Shown here piece by piece: positions 1-10,764 of a DNA stretch of 64,000 bases. Position numbers and translations under genes: made by a program. The stretch spans positions 728,494-792,493 of the forward strand of contig CAXNJO010000002.1 of NCBI GenBank assembly GCA_964202905.1, given 5' to 3'. Position 1 is the stretch's first letter. Each line of letters starts with the position of its first letter. The notes under the pieces are model-generated. The model ran no database searches, was not told the DNA's origin, and worked only from the letters and a program-made list of their open reading frames with translations. This DNA comes from Polyangiales bacterium (lineage in GTDB: Bacteria; Myxococcota_A; Polyangia; Polyangiales; JADJQN01).

Positions 1-260
1 GTGCAGCGCCTCGACGCGGTAGCCGCGCCCCTCGGGCGAGGCCTCGAAGGCGCGCGCCACGTCGCGCAGCGCGCGGGCCTCCGCCTCGTCGTAGGCGTGC
101 CACACGCGCACCGTGCGCCGCGCGTCCTGTGCGTGGACGCCGACGGGCTGCGCGAGCGACGCGACGCCGGACGCGAGCGCCGCGAGGACGGCGAACGTGC
201 GCGACGCGAGGGACGCGAAACCCGCCTCGCGCGTCGCCGTCCCGTACGCGCGTCGTCCGT

Positions 261-264
<4 letters not shown>
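1..264 (-). CDS. Sugar ABC transporter substrate-binding protein, N-terminal part (runs off window start)
   Basis: Not in the ORF track. My translation from GTG 264 gives MNGRR...FAVLAALASGVASLAQPVGVHAQ-DARRTVRVWHAYDEAEARALRDVARAFEA, i.e. a signal peptide plus a MalE-like N-terminus. GTGA overlap with the stop of the ABC ATPase. Confidence 0.7.
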
Positions 265-1343
<1,079 letters not shown>

Positions 1344-1389
1344 GCGCGCCCGAGTCTATCGCAGGGGCGGCGCGGGAAACATCCCGGGA

Positions 1390-2352
1390 TCAGCGGCCGT
1401 CCCCCGGCGTCGCGTGATCGACGAGCAGCGCCCCCTGGCGCGGGTCGAGCGCGACGTGCGAGCGCGCGGCCGCGGGCGGCTCCGCGATCACGCTCCCGCG
1501 CGCGTCGGACACGTGCGCGAGCGCGACCACCACGGCCCGCAGCGCCGCGGGCGCGAGCGGCACGTGCACGTCGCCGCCCGCGCGCGCGACCTCGGCCCGC
1601 AGCGCGGCCTCGACCTCGTCGCGCGAGGGCCCCGCGCGACGCTCACCGAAGTGGGCGGGCGCATCGTGCGCGGCGACGAGCGTGACGAGCGGGACCTCGC
1701 CGCCACGCCGCTCTTCCGCGGCGATCGCCGCGCGGCCGAGGTGCGCGACGTCGTTGAGGCCGAGCACGCGGCCTTCGGGGTGCGCGTCCTCGAGGGAGAG
1801 CGTCGTGATGGCCGTGTTCGCGAGGCGTGCGAGGCCCTGCGAGGCGCGCTGCCCGCGCCGGCCGAGCGCGCGCGCGACGAGCGCCGAGATGACGCCGCCG
1901 TGCGTGAAGACCAGCGCCCGCCCGCCGGGGGGCACGCGCCCGCGGAGCGCCTCGAGCGCCGCATCCGTCCGCGCCCAGAAGCGCGCGAGCGACTCGCCCC
2001 CGCCGAGCGCGACGTCGAGCCGTCCCGACGCGAGCGCCTCGAGCTGCTCGGGAAAACGCGCCGCGATCTCGGGGCGCGTGAGGCCCTCCCACGCGCCGAC
2101 ATCGGCCTCGCGCCACGCGGGCTCGATCGTCGCGTCGGGGAAGGCGGCGCGCCCCGTGCGCGACGCCCGCTGCAGGTCGGACGCGACGACGACGTCGAGC
2201 GACCAGCCCGCCTCGCGACGCGCCCGCAGCCGCGCCGCGAGCGCCTCCACCTGCGCCTCGCCGTGCGGCGAGAGGGGCGCGTCGCCCTGCCCCTGCCAGC
2301 GGCCCGAGACGTTGGACGTCGACTCTGCGTGCCGGACGAGGACGAGCTCCAC
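1390..2352 (-). CDS. Histidine phosphatase (phosphoglycerate mutase-like) family protein
   Basis: LVRHAES, SDLQRA, E..G.WEG, GGES and FTHGG motifs. Confidence 0.88.
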   Translation of the reverse strand: MELVLVRHAESTSNVSGRWQGQGDAPLSPHGEAQVEALAARLRARREAGWSLDVVVASDLQRASRTGRAAFPDATIEPAWREADVGAWEGLTRPEIAARFPEQLEALASGRLDVALGGGESLARFWARTDAALEALRGRVPPGGRALVFTHGGVISALVARALGRRGQRASQGLARLANTAITTLSLEDAHPEGRVLGLNDVAHLGRAAIAAEERRGGEVPLVTLVAAHDAPAHFGERRAGPSRDEVEAALRAEVARAGGDVHVPLAPAALRAVVVALAHVSDARGSVIAEPPAAARSHVALDPRQGALLVDHATPGDGR

Positions 2353-2472
2353 GGCCGGAGGTCTACGCCGCTCACGGTGCCTTGTCGCGGCCCGCCCACC
2401 CGTGCTGCGGGTTCACGTCGAGGGCGCCGCGGATCTTGCGCGGCGCGATGGCCCCGCGCAGCATCCGCGGCG

Positions 2473-3633
2473 ATGTCCGCACGCGCCCTGCCCGCGGTCC
2501 GCGAGATGATCGCGACGCTCGTCGCCGAACCCTCCCCGAGCAGCGCCGATCCGCGCTTCGACCGCGGCAACCGCCGCGTCGTCGAGCACCTCGCGGACTG
2601 GGCGGACGGGCTCGGCATGCGGGTCGAGCTGCTGCCGAGCGCGACGAACGACGACAAGGTCAACCTGCTGGCGACGTTCGGCGAGGGCGACGGCGGGCTC
2701 GTGCTCGCGGGCCACTCGGACACCGTGCCCTGGGACGAGGGGCGCTGGCGGCACGACCCCTTCCGCGTGACCGAGGACGACGGCCGCCTCTACGGGCTCG
2801 GCACGAGCGACATGAAGTCGTTCTTCGCGGTCGCCCTCGCCGCGCTCGCGCGTCTCGACGCGGGCAAGCTCCGCGCGCCCGTGATGCTCCTCGCGACCTA
2901 CGACGAGGAGAGCACGATGGGCGGCGCCCGCGCGCTCGTCGCGGCGGGCCGTCCGCGGGCACGGCACGCGCTCATCGGCGAGCCGACGGGCCTCGTGCCC
3001 GTGCGCATGCACAAAGGCGCCGTCATGGAGACGGTCGTGCTCACGGGGCAGGCCGGGCACTCGAGCGATCCGTCGCTCGGGCGGAGCGCGCTCGAGGGCA
3101 TGCACGCGGTGATCGGGGACTTGATCGCGTTCCGCGAGGCGTTGCAGGCCGTGCACCGCAACGAGGCGTTCGCCGTGCCCGTGCCGACGATGAACTTCGG
3201 CGCGATCCACGGCGGCGACAGCCCCAACCGCATCTGCGGCGAGTGCGAGCTGCGCTTCGATCTGCGCGCGCTCCCCGGCATGGACGTGCAGGCGCTGCGC
3301 ACGGAGCTGCGCGCCCGCGTCGGGCGCATCGCGGAGGCGCGCGGGCTCGCCGTGCGCTTCCCGACGCTGCACGCGGGGACGCCGCCCTTCGAGACGCCCG
3401 CGAGCGCCGCGATCGTCCGCGCCGCGTGCGAGCTGACGGGCCACGCGCCCGGCGTCGTCGCCTTCGGCACCGAGGCCCCGTACCTCACGCAGCTCGGCGC
3501 CGAGACGATCGTGTGCGGGCCCGGCGACATCGGCCGCGCGCACCAGCCCGACGAGTCGATCGACCTCGCCTCGCTCGCCCCGGCGACGGAGCTCCTCGAG
3601 CGCCTCGCGCGCCGCCTCTGCCTCCCCTCGTGA
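2473..3633 (+). CDS. argE: Acetylornithine deacetylase (M20)
   Basis: GHSDTVP, YGLGTSDMK, DEE, GEPT, GHSS, FGTEA, AHQPDE. Real start ATG 2473 lies inside ORF 1168..3633. Adjacent to argA. Confidence 0.9.
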   Translation: MSARALPAVREMIATLVAEPSPSSADPRFDRGNRRVVEHLADWADGLGMRVELLPSATNDDKVNLLATFGEGDGGLVLAGHSDTVPWDEGRWRHDPFRVTEDDGRLYGLGTSDMKSFFAVALAALARLDAGKLRAPVMLLATYDEESTMGGARALVAAGRPRARHALIGEPTGLVPVRMHKGAVMETVVLTGQAGHSSDPSLGRSALEGMHAVIGDLIAFREALQAVHRNEAFAVPVPTMNFGAIHGGDSPNRICGECELRFDLRALPGMDVQALRTELRARVGRIAEARGLAVRFPTLHAGTPPFETPASAAIVRAACELTGHAPGVVAFGTEAPYLTQLGAETIVCGPGDIGRAHQPDESIDLASLAPATELLERLARRLCLPS

Positions 3634-3653
3634 CCCCCCGGCGAGCCCCGACG

Positions 3654-4976
3654 ATGCGCACCCGCAAAGACCCGCAGATCTTCATCGACTGGTTCCGCCA
3701 CTCGGCGCCGTACATCCACGCGCACCGCGCGCGCACCTTCGTCGTCGCGTTCGGCGGCGAGGCCGTCGCGGACGAGGGCGGTTTCCGCAGCCTCATCAGC
3801 GACATCGCGCTCCTGCACAGCCTCGGCGTGCGACTCGTGCTGGTGCACGGCGCGCGCCCGCAGATCGCCGAGCAGCTCGCGCAGCGCGACGAGGAGCCGC
3901 GCGTCGAGAAGGGCATCCCCGTCACGAACAAGGCCGCGCTGCTCGCCGTGAAGGAGGCGGTCGGCATGGTGCGCGTCGAGATCGAGTCGCTGCTCTCGAC
4001 GGGCGTCGCGAACTCGCCGATGGAGGGCGCGCGGCTGCACGTCGACAGCGGCAACTTCGTGACGGCGATGCCCGTCGGCGTGCGCGACGGCGTCGACTAC
4101 GAGTCGACGGGCGAGGTGCGCCGCATCGACGCGGACGCGATCCGCGCGCGCCTCGACGCGGGCGCGATCGTGCTGCTCTCGCCGCTCGGCTACTCGGTGA
4201 CGGGCGAGACGTTCCGCATCCCGCCCGACGAGGTCGCGCGCGCGGCGGCCGTCGCGCTGCGGGCCGACAAGCTCGTCTGCCTCATCGAGGGCCGCGGCGT
4301 CGTCGACGCGAGCCGCCGCACCGTGCACCAGCTCACCCCCGCGGACGCCGCCCTGCTCGCCCACAAGAAGAAGCGCTGGCTCTCCGAGGACGCGCGCCTG
4401 CATCTGCGCGCCGCGTCGGCCGCGTGCGCGAGCGGCGTGCGCCGCGCGCACCTCGTGAGCCGCGCGACCGAGGGCGCGCTGCTGCTCGAGCTCTTCACGC
4501 GCGACGGCCTCGGCACGATGGTCACGAGCGAGACGTACGAGGGCACGCGCCCCGCCACGCTCGCCGACGTCGGCGGCATCGTCAGCCTGATCCGCCCGCT
4601 CGAGGACGCCGGCGTGCTCGTGCGCCGACCGCGCAAGCAGCTCGAGATGGACATCGAGAAGTTCACCGTCGTCGAGCGCGACGGGATGATCATCGCCTGC
4701 GCCGCGCTCTACCGTTACGCGCACGTCGCGGAGCTCGCCTGCGTCGCGGTGCACCCCGAGTACCGCCGCACGGGACGCGGCGACGCGCTGCTCGACTTCA
4801 TGGAGCAGCGCGCGCGCGGGCTCGGCGTCGACCGCGTGTTCGTGCTGACGACCCACGCCTCGCACTGGTTCGTCGAGCGCGGCTTCGCGAAGGCGACCGT
4901 CGAAGATCTGCCCGTGCCGAAGCGGCAGCTCTACAACCAGAAGCGCAACAGCAAGGTGCTGCTGAAGATCCTTTGA
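3654..4976 (+). CDS. argA: Amino-acid N-acetyltransferase (N-acetylglutamate synthase, AAK+GNAT two-domain type)
   Basis: WFRHSAPYIHAHR, LVHGARPQI, LLELFTRDG, ELACVAVHPEYR, RNSKV. Start ATG 3654 within ORF 2382..4976. Confidence 0.93.
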   Translation: MRTRKDPQIFIDWFRHSAPYIHAHRARTFVVAFGGEAVADEGGFRSLISDIALLHSLGVRLVLVHGARPQIAEQLAQRDEEPRVEKGIPVTNKAALLAVKEAVGMVRVEIESLLSTGVANSPMEGARLHVDSGNFVTAMPVGVRDGVDYESTGEVRRIDADAIRARLDAGAIVLLSPLGYSVTGETFRIPPDEVARAAAVALRADKLVCLIEGRGVVDASRRTVHQLTPADAALLAHKKKRWLSEDARLHLRAASAACASGVRRAHLVSRATEGALLLELFTRDGLGTMVTSETYEGTRPATLADVGGIVSLIRPLEDAGVLVRRPRKQLEMDIEKFTVVERDGMIIACAALYRYAHVAELACVAVHPEYRRTGRGDALLDFMEQRARGLGVDRVFVLTTHASHWFVERGFAKATVEDLPVPKRQLYNQKRNSKVLLKIL

Positions 4977-4995
4977 AACACGGGGCGCGCGCCCC

Positions 4996-5760
4996 TCAGC
5001 GGCTCACGTAGCCGCCGTCGGCGAGGAGCGCGTGCCCGGTGACGAAGCTCGCCTCCTCCGAGCAGAGAAAGAGCGTCGCGGCGGCGATCTCCTCCGCGCG
5101 CCCGAGGCGGCTGATGGGATGCAGCGTTTCGGCCGCCGCACGCGCCGTCGGGTCATCGAGCACGCCGGCCCGCGCGAGCATCGGCGTCTCGATGAAGGCG
5201 GGGCACACCGCGTTCACGCGGATGCCGCGCGCGGCGACCTCGAGCGCGGCCGCGCGCGTGAGGCCGACGACGCCGTGCTTGGCGGCGACGTACGCGCTCG
5301 CGTCCGCGTACGCGACGACCCCGAGGATCGACGCGCAATTGACGATCGCGCCCCCCCCGCCGCGCGCGAGCATGTGCGCGAGCTCGTGCTTGAGGCAGTG
5401 CCGCACGCCGGAGAGGTTCACCGCGAGCACGCGCGCCCAGGCGTCGTCCGGCTGCGTGGCGAGCGGCGCACGCACGCCCTCGATGCCGGCGTTGTTGAAG
5501 GCGCAGTCGATCCGCCCGCCGAAGCGCACCGCCGCCTCCACCATCGCCGCGACGTCCGCGGGCTCCGCGACGTCGCAGCGCACGTAGATCGCCGAGCCGC
5601 CCACGGCGCGGATGTCGGCGACCGTCGTGGCCCCCTCGGCGGCGATGTCCGCGACGACGACCCGCGCCCCCTCGGCCGCGAACGCGAGGGCCGTCGCGCG
5701 CCCGATCCCCGTCGCCGCGCCAGTGACGAGCGCGACCTTGTCCGCGAAGCGCCTCGGCAT
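4996..5760 (-). CDS. Short-chain dehydrogenase/reductase
   Basis: TGAATGIG, NNAG, YVAAK, DGG. Confidence 0.93.
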   Translation of the reverse strand: MPRRFADKVALVTGAATGIGRATALAFAAEGARVVVADIAAEGATTVADIRAVGGSAIYVRCDVAEPADVAAMVEAAVRFGGRIDCAFNNAGIEGVRAPLATQPDDAWARVLAVNLSGVRHCLKHELAHMLARGGGGAIVNCASILGVVAYADASAYVAAKHGVVGLTRAAALEVAARGIRVNAVCPAFIETPMLARAGVLDDPTARAAAETLHPISRLGRAEEIAAATLFLCSEEASFVTGHALLADGGYVSR

Positions 5761-5871
5761 GCCCCACTCCTTGTTGAACGCCGACGAGATACGTACCCAC
5801 GCGCCTCACGCGGGCAAGTCCGCGAGCACCCGAGACGCCGCGCGCGTCGACGCGCGGACGAGCGCGCCCTA

Positions 5872-5886
5872 TTGACCTGCGGTCAA
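5872..5886. promoter_or_regulatory. Putative TetR operator, perfect inverted repeat TTGACC-TGC-GGTCAA
   Basis: Palindrome in the divergent SDR/TetR intergenic region, next to TTGAAC(5892)-18 bp-TAGGCT(5916) promoter-like boxes. Confidence 0.65.
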
Positions 5887-5928
5887 CGCTATTGAACGCG
5901 GGGCCCCGGGGGCGCTAGGCTGCGCCCC

Positions 5929-6600
5929 ATGACCCAGGCGACCGCACGCACGCGGCTCGGGCTCGACGAGCGCCGCGCGCAGCTCATCGAGCTCGGGCGG
6001 ACGCTCTTCAACGCGCGCTCCTACGACGAGATCTCCATCGACGACATCGCGGCCGCCGCGGGCGTGAGCAAGGGGCTCCTCTACCACTACTTCCGCAGCA
6101 AGCGGAGCTTCTACGTGGAGACGGTGCGCGCGGGCGCCGAGCAGATGACGGCCCTCACCGGCGCGGCGGAGTCGTTCCCCCCGGGTGAGCGCCTCGAGCG
6201 GGGCCTCGACGCCTACCTCGATTACGTCGAGGCGAACGCCGCCGCTTACGCGACGCTGTTGCGGAGCGGGATCGGGGCGGACGCGGAGGTCGCCGCGATC
6301 GTCGAGCAGACGCGGCGCGTGCTCATCGAGCGCATCGTGCGCGGGCTCGGCGTCGGCGAGCCGGCGGCGCCGCTGCGCGTCGCGCTGCGCGCGTGGATCG
6401 GCTTCGTCGAGGGCGCGAGCCTCGAGTGGATCGATCACGGCGGCGTGTCGAAGCCCGATCTGCGCGCGCTGCTCGTCGCGGCGCTGCAGGCCGCGGTCGC
6501 CTCGGCGGCCACGCTGCGCGAGGCGCAGCTCCCGCCGCTCCGCCCGCGCAAGCGCGCCGCGGGCGCCGCGCGTCGCGCGTCGACGCGGGGGAGGCGCTGA
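5929..6600 (+). CDS. TetR/AcrR family transcriptional regulator
   Basis: N-terminal HTH ISIDDIAAAAGVSKGLLYHYFRSK. Confidence 0.93.
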   Translation: MTQATARTRLGLDERRAQLIELGRTLFNARSYDEISIDDIAAAAGVSKGLLYHYFRSKRSFYVETVRAGAEQMTALTGAAESFPPGERLERGLDAYLDYVEANAAAYATLLRSGIGADAEVAAIVEQTRRVLIERIVRGLGVGEPAAPLRVALRAWIGFVEGASLEWIDHGGVSKPDLRALLVAALQAAVASAATLREAQLPPLRPRKRAAGAARRASTRGRR

Positions 6601-6601
6601 G

Positions 6602-8029
6602 ATGGCGACGCTCTTCCGTGGGGCGCTCGAGCGCTTCGGCCCGCCACCCGTCGCGCGACGGCGCGCCGAGGCCGCGCGACGGGCACGCGGGTTCACGGGG
6701 CTGCCGCCCGGCCCGACCGAGCCTGCGCTCGTGCAGGTGCTCCGCTGGGTGCGCTGGCCCGTGCCGTTTCTGCGCGACGCGCGCGCGGTCTACGGCGACA
6801 CGTTCACGATCCGCTTCCCGCAGACGCCACCGCTTGTGGTGTTCTCGCACCCGGACGCGATCAAGGAGATCTTCACGGGCGATCCCGAGGTCTTCCACGC
6901 GGGCGAGGCGAACACGATCCTCGAGCCGGTGATGGGGCCGCGCTCGCTGCTCATGCTCGACGGCCAGCCACACCTGCGCGAGCGCCGCCTCTTGTTGCCG
7001 CCGTTCCACGGCGAGCGGATGCACGCCTACGGGCAGACGATGCGCGACATCACGCTCGCGGCCGCGGCGCAGATCCCCGCGGGCCGCCCGGTGCGCTTCC
7101 ACGATCTCACGCAGTCGATCACGCTCGACGTCATCCTGCGGACCGTGTTCGGCGTGACCTCGGGCGCGCCCGAGCGCGCGCTCCGCGAGGCGCTGCGCGT
7201 GCTGCTCGAGGTGGGCTCGAGCCCGATCCTGATGCTGCCGCTCGCGCAGCTCGACCTCGGGCCGCGCTCGCCCTGGGGACGCATGCGGCGCCTGCTCGCG
7301 GAGGTCGATCGCCTGCTCTACGCGCAGATCCGCGCGCGGCGCGAGGGCCGCGGCGCGTCCGAGCGCGACGACGTGCTCGCGATGCTCATCGACGCGCGGC
7401 ACGACGACGGCACGGCCATGACGGACGCGGAGCTCCGCGACGAGATGGTCACGATGCTGATCGCCGGGCACGAGACGACGGCCACGACGCTCGCGTGGAT
7501 GTTCCACGAGCTCGCGCAGCACCCCGACGCGCAGGCCCGGGCGCACGCGGAGCTCGATCGCGTCGTCGGAGGCGGGCTGGTGCCGCCCGCGCGCGTCGGC
7601 GAGCTCAGCTTCCTCGACGCGGTCACCAAGGAGACGCTGCGCCTCGATCCGGTCATCCCCTTCGTCGGTCGGCTCCTCACGCGGCCCACGCGCGTCGCCG
7701 GGCACGCGCTGCCCGCGGGCGTCGCCGTCGCGCCGAGCATCTGGCTCGCGCACCGGCGCGCGGAGGAGTTCCCGCGGCCGGACCGCTTCGAGCCGCAGCG
7801 CTTCGTCGGCGCGAAGGCGAGCCCGTACACGTGGCTGCCCTTCGGCGGCGGCGTGCGGCGCTGCCTCGGAATGGCCTTCGCGATGTACGAGATCAAGATG
7901 GTCGCCGCGACGCTGCTCGCGCGCTTCTCGGTTCAGCCTGCGCCAGGCGAGCCGATCCGCCTCGTGCGCCGCGCGATCACCTTCGCGCCCTCGGGCGGCG
8001 CCCCGCTCGTGTTCACGCCGCGCGCGTAG
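6602..8029 (+). CDS. Cytochrome P450
   Basis: AGHETTA I-helix, KETLR ExxR, FEPQRF, heme motif FGGGVRRCLG. ATG 1 nt after the TetR stop. Confidence 0.95.
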   Translation: MATLFRGALERFGPPPVARRRAEAARRARGFTGLPPGPTEPALVQVLRWVRWPVPFLRDARAVYGDTFTIRFPQTPPLVVFSHPDAIKEIFTGDPEVFHAGEANTILEPVMGPRSLLMLDGQPHLRERRLLLPPFHGERMHAYGQTMRDITLAAAAQIPAGRPVRFHDLTQSITLDVILRTVFGVTSGAPERALREALRVLLEVGSSPILMLPLAQLDLGPRSPWGRMRRLLAEVDRLLYAQIRARREGRGASERDDVLAMLIDARHDDGTAMTDAELRDEMVTMLIAGHETTATTLAWMFHELAQHPDAQARAHAELDRVVGGGLVPPARVGELSFLDAVTKETLRLDPVIPFVGRLLTRPTRVAGHALPAGVAVAPSIWLAHRRAEEFPRPDRFEPQRFVGAKASPYTWLPFGGGVRRCLGMAFAMYEIKMVAATLLARFSVQPAPGEPIRLVRRAITFAPSGGAPLVFTPRA

Positions 8030-8136
8030 CGTCGCCGTCCTGGTCGGTTGGATGCACGCGACGGCAAGCGGGCCTCACGGCGATGTCGTCGTGGGCTCCG
8101 TCGATGCCGCGCGGCCGCTGTCTGGCGCGCGCGCCG

Positions 8137-8910
8137 CTACTCGAGTTGCACGTCGAGGATGCTCTCCGTGTACCGAAGAATCGTCAGGGTCGCAGGGCCT
8201 TCGGCGAGCGCGCGCAGCGCGGCGTTGCGCGTGTTCGCCTGCAGCGTGCGCCCGTCCGCGAGGTCGACGTTGCAGATGTCGGTCAGCTCCTCGCCGTGCC
8301 CCCGCCTCTCGACGACGATGCCGCGCACGGCGGTGATGGTCACCCGCTCCCGCCGCGGGCCACCGAGCAGATCCGCGAGGGCCGGCAGCCCGAAGGCGAC
8401 GGGGAAGAGCGTACCGACCACCGCGACCAGGAGCGCGTAACGCGCCGCCGGCCCGCGGATGTGCCGGAGCAACGGCAGCGCGCCGATCAGCGGGAGCACC
8501 ACACAGACGAAGACCTTGCTGCCAAGGATCGTGCGCCAGTTGCCCCGGTCCAGCGTCGTCATGTTCGCGATGATGTAGAGGGCGAGCGGCGAGCACGGGA
8601 TGCAGAGCATCCAGAGGACGACCAGGCGATCGAGCGGATGCGGACGCAGCGCCGGCTTCGCCTCGGTCACAGGCTGCGGCGCGCGCCGACGCAACGCCGA
8701 CTTCGTCTCGTCCGCGGACTGCTGCGCGAGCAGCGGGCGACCCACGGGGAGCAGGAAGTGCAACGCCGCCGCCAGCAGGAGCAGGAACGCGGTGAACCCG
8801 ATCGCGAATCCATCGACGCGGCCGGTCTTCATCCAGAAGAGCCCCGGCACGGCGACCGCGATGAAAAGGAATTGCTGCCAGACCGGGAGCTCTTGCCTGG
8901 GCGGACTCAT
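8137..8910 (-). CDS. Hypothetical multi-pass membrane protein
   Basis: About 5 hydrophobic segments; follows the amylase on the same strand. Confidence 0.65.
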   Translation of the reverse strand: MSPPRQELPVWQQFLFIAVAVPGLFWMKTGRVDGFAIGFTAFLLLLAAALHFLLPVGRPLLAQQSADETKSALRRRAPQPVTEAKPALRPHPLDRLVVLWMLCIPCSPLALYIIANMTTLDRGNWRTILGSKVFVCVVLPLIGALPLLRHIRGPAARYALLVAVVGTLFPVAFGLPALADLLGGPRRERVTITAVRGIVVERRGHGEELTDICNVDLADGRTLQANTRNAALRALAEGPATLTILRYTESILDVQLE

Positions 8911-8949
8911 GGGTGATGGCGTCCGCCGCGCCGGGAGCTCGACCGCACG

Positions 8950-10764
8950 TCAGCGGCGCTGCGCGACGGGCACGTACACGGCCGCGCCGAACGGCCCGAC
9001 GCGGACGACGACGTCGCCGCCCGCGCTGACCGTCACGGGGCCGCCGTCGCCGAGGACGTCGACGAGCATCGTGCCGGGCGGCGCGCCGACGCGCATCGCG
9101 CCGAAGCCGAGCGACGTCGCGCTCGTCTCGCTCTCCTTGTCGCGGCTGTTCACGACGACGAGCGCGTAGTCCTCGCCGAGCGCGCGGTCGAAGGCGACGA
9201 TCCCGGCGTCCTGCTCGCTGCCGACGCGATCCGTCGTCCAGCGGAGGCTGAAGTTGCCGCGACGCAGCGCGGGGTACGCGCGGCGCAGCGCGGTGAGGCG
9301 CGCGACCCAGCGGAAGGTGTCGCCGTCCGTGCGGAAGCCGCTCCACGCGAGATCCTCGCGGTTCGCCGGGTCGTTGCCGCCGGAGTAGTCCTGCTCGGTG
9401 CCGTAGTAGAGGCAGGGGATACCATCTTGCGTGAGGAGGTACGCCAGCGCGGCCTTGAGCCGGCGACGCCCCTCTTCGAAGCGCGCGCCGCCGCCCGACG
9501 TGAACTCGTAGAGGAAGCGCGGCACGTCGTGGTTGTCGAGGAAGTTCACGAGCAGGTCGCGCGGCGCGACGCCGACGCCGCCGGGCTGGGGCGTCGTGCC
9601 GTAATTCACCGCGCGCTGCGCGTAGAGCTCTTCGACCTTCTTCGTGCCCTGCCCGCGCAGGAAGACGTCGCCGAAGACCTGGAATTTGTGGGAGAAGTAG
9701 AAGACCGAGTCGAGCTCGCCGGGCGCGGTGAACGAGCCGAGCAGCGCGTCGTCGCCGTCGAAGGCCTCCCCGAACATGAAGAAGTTCGTCTTGCCGCGCG
9801 CGGCGAGGCGCATGCGCACCTCGGCGCAGAACACGCGCCAGAACTCGTGCTCGACGTGCTTGAGCGTGTCGATGCGGAAGCCGTCGATGTCCGTCTTGAG
9901 GATCCAGTCCGCGTAGGAGCGGATCATCGCCTCGCGCACGTCGGGGTTCGAGGTGTCGAGGTCCTTGAGGCCGCCCGGGAAGTCGCCGTACACGACCTGA
10001 TCGCGGATGCCGTAATCGGTGATGCGGCCGCGGCGGTTGTAGGCCTCGGGGCGCTGGAAGATCTCCGGCAGCGGCGGCGTGCGGAAGATTCCGGGCATGT
10101 CGAAGAACACGATCGGCGCCGCGCCCGACTCACCGAGCGAGGTGAAGGACTGGATGCCGCGCGGGTCGTAGTCCGGGTCGTACTCGGTGACGCGCGAGAG
10201 CGGGCTCGAGGTGCCCGAGCCGTAGACGTTGTCGTCGGGCTGCCCGTTCTGATTGATGTCGTAATAAAAGACCTGGCCGAGGTGGTTCGTGACGATGTCG
10301 AGCACCACCTTGATCCCGCGCTCATGGCAGGCGCGCACCATCTCGCGCAGCGCGCCGAGGTCGCCGAAGTGCGGGTTGAGCCGCGTGAGATCGACGGCCC
10401 AATAGCCGTGGTAGGCGTCGACGCCCGCGTCGGTGTCGACGTTGAGGACGATCGGGCTGATCCAGATCGTCGTGACGCCGAGCTCGCTCAGGTAGTCGAG
10501 TTTCCCGACGACGCCGAGGTAGTCGCCGCCGTGGTAGCGGGCCATGCCGCTCGGATCGACGCGCCAGTCGTTGCGCGGGTCGCCGTTGGCGAAACGGTCG
10601 GTGAGGAGCTGGTAGATGACCTCGTCGCGCCAGTCCTCGACCTGCACGGTCATCGGGACCTCGAGACCCGTCTGGATCCCGTCGCCCACGCAGCTGCCGA
10701 GTGAGAGCGAGAGCGCGCACGCGGCCGCGGTGCGCCTCAGAGATAGGAGCTGTTGAACCACCAC
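8950..10764 (-). CDS. Alpha-amylase family (GH13) glycosyl hydrolase, lipoprotein
   Basis: IYQLLTDRF, YHGYW, DIVTNH, catalytic DGFRIDTLKH / FGEAF / FLDNHD; lipobox-like LSLGSC. Start (GTG 10764 or 10761) inferred. Confidence 0.92.
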   Translation of the reverse strand: MVVQQLLSLRRTAAACALSLSLGSCVGDGIQTGLEVPMTVQVEDWRDEVIYQLLTDRFANGDPRNDWRVDPSGMARYHGGDYLGVVGKLDYLSELGVTTIWISPIVLNVDTDAGVDAYHGYWAVDLTRLNPHFGDLGALREMVRACHERGIKVVLDIVTNHLGQVFYYDINQNGQPDDNVYGSGTSSPLSRVTEYDPDYDPRGIQSFTSLGESGAAPIVFFDMPGIFRTPPLPEIFQRPEAYNRRGRITDYGIRDQVVYGDFPGGLKDLDTSNPDVREAMIRSYADWILKTDIDGFRIDTLKHVEHEFWRVFCAEVRMRLAARGKTNFFMFGEAFDGDDALLGSFTAPGELDSVFYFSHKFQVFGDVFLRGQGTKKVEELYAQRAVNYGTTPQPGGVGVAPRDLLVNFLDNHDVPRFLYEFTSGGGARFEEGRRRLKAALAYLLTQDGIPCLYYGTEQDYSGGNDPANREDLAWSGFRTDGDTFRWVARLTALRRAYPALRRGNFSLRWTTDRVGSEQDAGIVAFDRALGEDYALVVVNSRDKESETSATSLGFGAMRVGAPPGTMLVDVLGDGGPVTVSAGGDVVVRVGPFGAAVYVPVAQRR

